A stretch of DNA of 64,000 nucleotides from Eledone cirrhosa (lineage: Eukaryota): positions 335,544,001-335,608,000 of the forward strand of contig OZ024740.1 in the NCBI GenBank assembly GCA_964016885.1, given 5' to 3'. This document shows positions 54,690 through 64,000 of this stretch, piece by piece. Positions within the stretch are counted from its first letter, which is position 1. The number at the start of each line of letters is the position of its first letter. Position numbers and translations under genes: made by a program. The notes under the pieces are model-generated. The model saw only the letters and a list, made by a program, of their open reading frames with translations, did no database searches and was not told the origin of the DNA.

Positions 54690-55299
54690 TATATATATAT
54701 ACATACATACATAAATATATACATATATCTGTACATATGTCTACAATATATATATCTGTGTGTGTATAGTTCAAGACTAGAAACGATAAATAAAGAGATG
54801 CAACAACACAGATTCTTCTTAGTTTCAAGCTGAAGAAGAAGTAGGAGAGGGTCTCGACGTGTCAGACATAAGTCCTTCTTCAAAAAATCGATATTTGGGA
54901 GCGAGATAGAATAGGTTAAAATATCGCATTTTAAGACATATAAAAAAAACACACACACATCTCTAAATTTAACTTCACAGCTCTGTACGGATCCACAACT
55001 AACACACATACACATCCTTATATATACACACATTCGTACATATAAACACACCCATAAGTCTATGTACAATTGTTTTTCCCCCCTTTCAGATAGACACGCA
55101 CGATCACTATCTTTAAAAAGGTTTTATCATACACAAAACGCCAAAATCAAAAGTGTTCTTAGAGATAGGGACATGAATGTTTTCGAGGCAATCCAAATTG
55201 AATTGGGAACGGGTGATAAACCCAAAAGCACGCATTTCATCCGTTCCCATGTCAATTCAATTTGGATTGCCTCGGAAACATAACCTTATTATGTAACAA

Positions 55300-55373
55300 G
55301 CTGTCTGATGATGCCACGACACTCGCACACAGAACAGTGTGGCCAGTGTCGCCATTGAAATATATATCACAGC
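55300..55373 (+). ncRNA. Type I hammerhead ribozyme
   Basis: GCTGT-CTGATGA-[cgacact..cacac/gtgtg..agtgtcg stem II]-GAAA-TATATA-TC-ACAGC. Confidence 0.85.
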
Positions 55374-56518
55374 ATTATTATTAAAGGACTTGAACATCTG
55401 AAACTACTTCGCTTTTCCTTATTCGATATTTACTCCGTCACTCCTATGTGGAAAAAGTACGTTGAGTGCTTGAATTGAATTGCATTAAAGTTTACCCTAA
55501 TAACTTAGCTCCAATTAGTTGAGCGCTTTACGATGTAACCGATATGGTGGAGAAGAGAGGAACCAACCATGAGCTGCCCCGGAAATTCCCTCTACCATGG
55601 GGATAGAAACCCCTGAAACTGGACGGACATAATAGTAATTTCCGGCAGGATAAATACACGGAAACAAAAAATAAGATAAACCCCTATTTCCCTGCACCAA
55701 ATCGCATTTGAACAGAAGCCCCCTCAATTCAATCTATACATGGACAGATTGACAATCATATGGATCATGTTTTTCTTTGGTATTGTTCCATGTGATTGAA
55801 ATTATGACTGTACCAGATTGACTAATGCCTTGAATGCTGTAGCTTACCCTCCGTTCTAATGTACGGCACTGTCGTTCAATATGTGGATAGAGAAACAGTG
55901 ACACTAGAACCCCTCTCAGAACTTCTTACTTAAACATCTCTCTCCATATTATTTACTCACTTCAATCTATATTTTTTTACTCACCTCAATCCGAATTCTC
56001 ACTTGAAAAAAATTTCTAACTTTTAATTATTAATTGTTAATGTTTAATTGTTTAATTTATAATTTCTAATACTTGATTTAGGACTTTAATTTTTATTTCC
56101 AACTCTCACTCTTAACTTACAATGTAAAACCATGATACCTAGAATTAAGTTTATTTTCCCTTTGAGTTGATGGTCAGTCGTACTGTCCACGCTAGGTGAG
56201 AGGTAGTATTATGACCTGTAAAAACTAACACTCTCCCACCCCCTCTGGCTTTCGACTGACTACCACAGTCGAGATGGGTAGCAGTAGACTATGGTACGGG
56301 CCATTGTGTCACTGAGAGGGTGAACTGACTAAGCGAATTTCGTTGAAATCTGCGGTAGCTAATGGTCAACTTCCTTCGGATATGCGCACGCGCAGACCGG
56401 TGGGGGTGAATTGGTACTCACATGGGAACGGGTGATAAACCCAAAAGCACGCATTTCATCCGTTCCCATGTCGATTTAATTTGGATTGCCTCGGAAACAT
56501 AACCTTATTATGTAACAA

Positions 56519-56592
56519 GCTGTCTGATGATATCACGACACTCGCACACAGAACAGTGTGGCCAGTGTCGCCATTGAAATATATATCACATC
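56519..56592 (+). ncRNA. Type I hammerhead ribozyme (second copy, one stem I mismatch)
   Basis: Same as 55300-55373 but the 3' arm reads ACATC. Confidence 0.8.
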
Positions 56593-56641
56593 ATTATTAT
56601 TAAACGACTTGAACATCTGAAACTACTTCGCTTTTCCTTAT

Positions 56642-56690
<49 letters not shown>

Positions 56691-56869
56691 TGAGAGGAGG
56701 GGCTGTGTGGTTACTGATAGCGAGTGAAGGCGACACAAACAAGAGATGGACAGTCTCCCTTCGTCAGTTGTTTACTACGGGTCACCGATGTTTCGGCGCG
56801 ATATCATATCTAAACAACTTATGCATATATATTATATATATGAATATTATATTTACACACACACACACT

Positions 56870-56928
<59 letters not shown>

Positions 56929-57305
56929 TATAATATTATGAGATGGTGTATATATATATGAGACGAAGCAAGTCGAATAGAACAGACATAGCTTCAGTTG
57001 TTTCGTCACTCACGCAATGACTAATTCAGTTCGTATTATTAAAATTTGAACTATGCTGGCAGAATGCACACTTTCCTTAATAAGTCAGGAAGACGACTTC
57101 GGGTGGGTAACAATATTTGTACATATATATACAAACATATATATATACCGTTTACGTTGAATGATTCAACTAATAAGTAGATCTAGTCATTCCGATTGCC
57201 GCAAAATATAAACAAAAATTGATACGGAGGCTTCTTTTAAATTTTTCATGTTCATTACATCTGATGACGTAGCGATTGTCTTGCGTCATTCTGCATTGAC
57301 GTAAA

Positions 57306-57346
<41 letters not shown>

Positions 57347-57434
57347 ATGCACTGATGATTCTAAACGAATGAAACAGTCCAAATTCCGTGGAAGTAATAT
57401 CTTAAGAAATATATTGTAACTTCTACTAACTGTA

Positions 57435-57523
<89 letters not shown>

Positions 57524-59304
57524 ATACATGTATATATATATATGTGTGTGTGTGTAACTTGTAAAAGATTATGGTTTCTTTCCGGTCAATGATTATTTAT
57601 TCTAAGTCTGGAATTATACTTTGAAATGATGGCTGTCAACATTTCTGATAAATCGAAGATCGTCTGATCTGTTCGCCTCTAAATACTATTGGGTCAGTTC
57701 TGGAAAAACGAGATATTTATTCGTACTTTGTCATAAGTCTTTATCTATGTCTGCCATGGAGAATATTTCTCTTGCATCGCATTTATGTCTTTGGCGTGTA
57801 TATAATATTTGTTTATGTGTTTTGTTATTGAGATTAAAGCCCTCCCTAGATATATCATAACAAGAAATGTTCCATAATACAGTGATTGTATCCTGTAATC
57901 GATAATCCCTGGCAGCTACTTAATCTCGTATGATGCATTAGAATAATAAATCAGTATCTTTAGGAAAAGCCTTGGCTGGAAATATTTACTAAATAATCAT
58001 TACTATAATGATAGCTATATACTGCATATAATAGAGAACTGAATTATAACTGAGATATACAACGATCAACTTTATGATTTTCAATAGAAATATTTTTAAT
58101 TTCATTGTATTGCAGAATGTATATCTGTAAACAAAGATGATGAGCGTATTTCGATTTGACTTTGAAATACATTCGTTCGCGTTGATAATTTCTTTGGATT
58201 GCTAGAATGAATTCGTCGGTTAAAATGTATTGATGTATTTGGTTAAAGTCTTTTAAACCTGAGATCAAATCCCGCTATGGTCAACAATTTGTTTCTGCCA
58301 TCGAGGCAATTCTGGTTGATAAAATTCTATATGGCGATCGATATAATTGACTACTCCTATAACTCATATTTATGCAGTGTGCCTAAGTGAAAAATCAATT
58401 TTCTTGACAATGGCTCGGATGTCACAATTTTTTTCTTTTCTTTTGCGTTTAAAAAGAAACGATTGTTGTGTATGTATGTAATACGTTTGGAAGTAAATTT
58501 CATTTTACGAGTGAATTGAGAAACTGGCGTCAGTAATGAAAAGTATTCAATCCCATTGTCATAGCTAATATTACTATTGCTACTGTCATTAATAGAATAT
58601 TGGGCTTATCATAAGTGGAATATTATAAACGTTAATAATAGCATAACTCTTATTAACAACCATTTGAAGTAGATACGGGCAGAAATTGTGCAGATAATAA
58701 GCACGCGATTTTTGTATTTCCTGCGAATACTTTTGAAATGAAATGTGAATGAGTGTCAAATTTTAGTATTTCGATAACCTCTACGGGTTCCAACTAACAG
58801 CATAAGTTAGAAATTAGGCGACTATATTTTCCTATTTCAAATTTTCCAATAGTTCGCAAGTTAAACAATTCTTGTTCAAACTTCTAACTTCACACTATAG
58901 TCTCTTGCATAATGATCTGTAGGATTAATTTACTCGAGTTTTCAAAACTTATTTGTACTTATCTACATAATGATGACTATATCTTTACATTCTCAATGTT
59001 TCGTAAGTTAACAGTATATATATATATATATAAAATGTATGTTGCTTCATAAGGAAAGTGCAGAGTTACAAAAAAGAGGAGGTTGGAGGGTTGAATATAA
59101 AAAAGATGTTATAATGATAGGTGACGTGTAGGCAAGTAACCGATGTGCGGAGATCGCTGCTGAGGCCAGGAACCTATCATTGGTACTGTTATGTGTGAAT
59201 ATGTATAGTATATATTATATATTGTGTATTATATTTTTTGTTTATATATATCATATATATATAATAGTGGGTATAAATCGAAATTGTAGCCGCAACTGTA
59301 CTAA

Positions 59305-59344
<40 letters not shown>

Positions 59345-59576
59345 ATGTATGTATGCAATAAGAATAGAGTGTTCAATACTATGAATTACATCAAAACTAA
59401 TGTATTATGATAAATCTGTAAGCATATATATGCAAAATACTTTAGAAAATACAAATATTATTATAAGAATATGCATGTGATAAACTTAGGAATATTAACA
59501 GAGAGAACAAGACAATGAACGAAAACAAGGCAAAATGAAAAGCAATTTTTTAACATTCTCCTTAAAATACAATAAT

Positions 59577-59757
59577 TGTTTCTATTTTGGGCACAAGGCC
59601 AGCAATTATCCCAGTGCTAGTACTTTATTTTATCGACCCGTAACTATGAAAGGCAAAGTTAGCCTCGGCGGGATTTGAACTCAGACCAGAAAGGGGCGTA
59701 ACTCTACGCTGAAAAGCATGGCGCCCGACCCTCTTCCGATACTGCCAATCCACCACC
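59577..59757 (-). mobile_element. SINE family A, full length
   Basis: Full head and tail; TSD ccttaaaata(c/t)aataat at 59560-59576 and 59757-59773. Confidence 0.9.
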
Positions 59758-61420
59758 CTTAAAATATAATAATTGTTTCTACTTTTGGCACAAAATATAA
59801 TAATACAAATGAAATGCACAGAACTCTAGGGTCATCGGCCGTTGAGATGGACTTGGGCAGTTTCGAACCTACTGTTGGTCCACCCAGGGTCACAGTGTCT
59901 TACACAAGCCAAAGGCAATTAAGCTATGACAAATACAAAGTATTTTATGTGGTGTCAAGGACAAATTGTGGTGCTTCTTATAGCATGAAGGTCTCAGGAA
60001 TGAGACTAAAGAAAGAAAAGGAAGAAAAAAGGCAAGAAAAAAGCAAGATATCGTATTAAAAAATTTAAGTCATTGAAATTAAGCGGGGGGGGGGGGGGTA
60101 ACATGTTCGTCACAGATTATGTATATATAAATGTTTGTGTGTGTGAGTGTGTGTGTGTATAGGCATTGATATTTTGCGATATTCTTTCCACTGGTGAAGA
60201 TTATGTTTACGGTAGATAGTTGCTAGTAGGCGAAGAAGATAATATCACAAGATTTAATGCTAAATTATAAGCTGTAATGTGCTAATATTGCGTTTTGATG
60301 AATGATATTCTCATAATTCTATTAAAGTAAATCCATTATCGTTGGGTCAACGACATCAAATAATCCTATTAATTTACCAGTCATCTATAGATTATTGTTC
60401 GTGATATTTAGATCTTCTCATTGTCGAACTTCTGTGAATAAGCATGTAGTTTGCTATCATCAAAAAGCACAATTGAGAGTGTATCTATGCATCTGCTCAA
60501 CCATATAAAAATAGTAGCCAACAATTTTGCATAAACTTTCAAGGTAGGTTTATTATTTCACACATAGATAATTCTTGATACAATTAATTAGAATTTTGAC
60601 CTCGTCGTTATCCTCTGGAAAAGCATGGTAATCTCTACTTCAAGTATAACTCATATATAAATTATGTTCTCTGTAATTATTACATGTCTTGTTATTGTCA
60701 TTGTTGTTATTTTTGTGTGTGTGTGTGTTTGTATTTTGTTTTATGCTTTTGTTCCTGATAAACTTGACGTAATAAACTATGACCTTTTTATAAAATCTCA
60801 TTACTGGTTTGAAATTAGACGTAATTGTGGAAACGAAAGAAACAAAAACACCAATTCTTCGATTCTTCCTTCTGAAATTATATCACTGATATTTTCCCGA
60901 TTGTTTGTTTTAAGTTTTGTTTATTTATTTTAATGTTTTGTTTTTCTTTGTATTGTTTTTTTTCTGGCAAAATGTTTATTGAATACGAATCGATTTTGCA
61001 GTATTCATTTTAAATTCTCTTATATAATTCTGCGCAATATTTTTGGAAAATACTCTAATTCAATTGAAAGCAAAATTGCTTCCAAGTGAAAAACTGTAAA
61101 CTTAATAAGTCTTCAATATTTACTCTTAAATCATTCTGCTTCAGTTCCATTTTTTCTCTGACTTGATATGACAAATTGTTATCATCTGGTATATAACCAA
61201 ACGTTCGCAACATTTTTGTTCCAATCATGACCTGAAAACCTATTTGTTGACTTTAATACATACAAACCTATATATATACATATATGTATATACATATATG
61301 TTTGTATGTATTAAAGTAAACAAATATAATGTATATATAATGTATATACATATATATATATGTGTGTGTGTGTGTGTATGTGTATCAGTTTACAGGCGTA
61401 ACTTGCTACGATGTTATAAT

Positions 61421-61593
61421 TGTTTCTACGTTAGGCACAAGGCCAGCAATTACCCAGTGCATTACTGGTACTTTATTTTATCGACCCCCCAAAGTTAACC
61501 TTGACGGGATTTGAACTCAGAATGGCAAGGGCCGTAACTCTATATGTCAAAGCATGGCGTCCGACCCTCTACCAATACTGCCAATCCACCGCC
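61421..61593 (-). mobile_element. SINE family A, full length with small internal deletion
   Basis: 15-bp TSD ctacgatgttataat at 61406-61420 and 61594-61608. Confidence 0.92.
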
Positions 61594-62151
61594 CTACGAT
61601 GTTATAATATCAAATGAATACAAATATAAGGTACGACAAATAGTGGGATATTAACGTTGATTGTTTACTACAGTAGGTTAAAAAGACTATAATTATTTAC
61701 GCTAATGAAATTAGTAAGTTACTGTAAATCTGGCTCCTTTCTTCTCGGACTCTCTCACTGACTGGTCAGTACATTATTTGTAGTCAGTTCATTAAGCGGC
61801 CATTCACATCATTAATGCTCCAGTGAATGATCTGAAATGATTTTTATCCTTCTTCAACTAAAACTGTGGTTTAATATTCTATGTACTAGGACGCCATGAA
61901 ACTTTTACATTTTACGGTAGGTTTCATATTAAACCATTCATTAACGAAACCAAAGTAATTCACTTTAAATACTCAAAGAGGAATTTTCTCTTCGATGTTC
62001 ATCAAACACTAATGTGGTTGATTTTTTTTTTCTCAAATGGAATAGAAAGATAAGTGCATCAAATTTAAATTTCCAAGAACCAAAATATTCAAGTGATAAT
62101 ATTTTGGAGAAACCTATTCCCATTTAAAATGGCTATCATTTTACAATCACA

Positions 62152-62195
<44 letters not shown>

Positions 62196-62755
62196 CTGTC
62201 ATTTTTTATGAACCGATATTTTGTTTTTCCTTCAGGACGAGTTTATCGATGCGTCTTTGTTATCCTTGTTGCTGCAAAGCAAGGAAAACAGATTCAAACA
62301 GATATACGACTTACTGTAATTGTTAAATCGTATAGGTATTCATGCATGTGCACATTATTTCTTACGGGTGAACGATCAGTGTTGTTGATGCTCAATGTGA
62401 ACATCTGTAGTTCGATATATGTTGAAGAACCGTGGATGTGACGGGAAGTCTAGAGGATATCAAATCTGTGAAGACATGATTAAGCATATATTAGAATATA
62501 TGTTTGTAAAGCAAAAGTAACTGAAGAGATAATTCAGATCGCTACAGCATACTCTGAGAAAAATGGAATACCGTTTATGATTGACCTAATGGGGTACATT
62601 GTCACACTTCTTTCAATCAGAAATATTAAGTCCAGAACAATATTGGGGAGATGTTTTATTTTATCTATAGTGTGAAGTTGAAAAGCAAAATAAGATTTGG
62701 ACAAAGGAGTTATTTTATATACCGCATGAAATTGGGGAGCAAATGCCATAGCATT

Positions 62756-62940
62756 GGATTGGCAGTATCGGTAAAGGGTCGGACGCCATGCTTTGTAGCA
62801 TGGATTTACGCCCCTTTACGGTCTGAGTTCAAATCCTGCCGTGGTTAGCTTTGCCTTTCATTCTTACGGGGTCGATGAGAAAAGGACCAGTAATGCACTG
62901 GGATAATTGCTGGCTTCTTGTCAAAAGTAGAAACATTTAT
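62756..62940 (+). mobile_element. SINE family A
   Basis: tggattggcagtatcggta..gagttcaaatc..gtagaaac. Confidence 0.88.
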
Positions 62941-64000
62941 TATCGGATCTACTATTTTAAAAGTTGCTGTGATTGAAGAGTCGATTCTAAAAGGATTCTA
63001 ACAACTTGGAAGAGCACTTTCTACCATGATACCAAAATGTCATTAAGGTTAATTAGGGTTCTTGTCTGCTTCTAGATTGTGATGCTCAAATTTCGCTTAT
63101 ATTACGGCTGTTTGAAAAGTATAGATATCTATGTTAAAAATCTGATATTTGTTAGTAGTATAATGATATTACTTTCCTCAATGGGTTTAAAAATAGTCCA
63201 TTGCCTGTATTGTTGCAGTGCCGCTGCAGGTGAACCAGATGAGAAATTAGATTGCTTAATCTTTGGTTTCGTGAGAGAATTAAAGAATCATGGCTACAAG
63301 AATAGTGGGCACCAGCTGTGATGTCTTGGATTTATCAAATGTGAAGAACATATTCTACTTATATTAGTCAGTGTAAACTTTGAAAAGCTATGGCGTGTGC
63401 CATGGCCTAAAGTACCAGGGGTTCAGTGGGTATTATGCGGGTAGATGATGCATGATTGTTATCCTTGTTTAAGCTATGTATAGATAGATGTAGTGAGAAT
63501 AATGGGTGATCAAGAGTTAAATTAGTTGAGAAATTGTCCTCTGTTTTCGATAGTGATAAACAAGTATACTTATTTACAGACAGTTCATAATGACAATTGA
63601 TTCGACTTTAAATAATTGTGTTTCAGTCACTGAGATCGTAACAAGATATGAACTACTATGTGATGATTGGGGTAGTTCACCAGTCAGTTTGAAAATGAAA
63701 TGCATTTATAGCTATGACTTAAAAATATTTAGAGACGGAATAATTGGAAGATGTCCAGACAAGAAAGGTAAGTTGATACTATATAAAGGAAGAATTCTGA
63801 TTATACATTTTAGTCTGGACTGCAGAGATGGATTAGAGATAAAGGATGAGAAATGTGTGAACGAATTTGATCGGATGTGTACATATGTGGAAAAGTGTGT
63901 GTACGAATGATACTAGGGACAGGGATGGATAGAAGACCATGGATATAGTAATAGAAATGGAACAATTGTCCAGTTGTTCAATACATATATCTACGTTATT

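Larger units (their letters stand above)
55204..56643 (+). mobile_element. Non-coding element with 221-bp HHR-bearing direct terminal repeats (retrozyme-like / non-autonomous PLE)
   Basis: Repeats 55204-55424 and 56423-56643 differ at few positions; ~1-kb interior lacks a credible ORF. Confidence 0.8.

Noticed and set aside
59825-59875. Permuted (type II) hammerhead-like motif on the minus strand
   Set aside because: The core reads CCGATGA, and stems I and II do not pair.
63250-64000. Possible very old RTE remnant (and possible RLE relic at 57550-57990)
   Set aside because: Only faint motif echoes; cannot be supported without a profile search.

Overview
AT-rich, microsatellite-dense eukaryotic DNA. 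The repeat content looks cephalopod (Octopus-like); this is an inference. I found no convincing intact host gene. Most listed ORFs are artefacts of (TA)n/(CA)n/(GA)n repeats. The window is dominated by retroelement remnants. (1) Three same-orientation copies of a young L1/Tx1-type LINE lie inside a (TAGG)n array, each inserted directly after the variant motif GG(T/C)AGATA with short TSDs, which points to a microsatellite-targeting LINE. (2) Three Penelope-like (PLE) GIY-YIG remnants and several non-coding PLE-type termini carry about ten hammerhead-ribozyme (HHR) folds. These include head-to-head HHR palindromes, an HHR with a ~100-nt stem II, and a non-coding 1.44-kb element with two 221-bp HHR-bearing direct repeats (retrozyme-like). 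(3) RTE, R4-like and older Tx1 fossils are present, one with a twin-priming inversion. (4) tRNA-derived SINEs with clean TSDs and Tc1/mariner-type MITEs also occur. All folds and alignments were done by eye.
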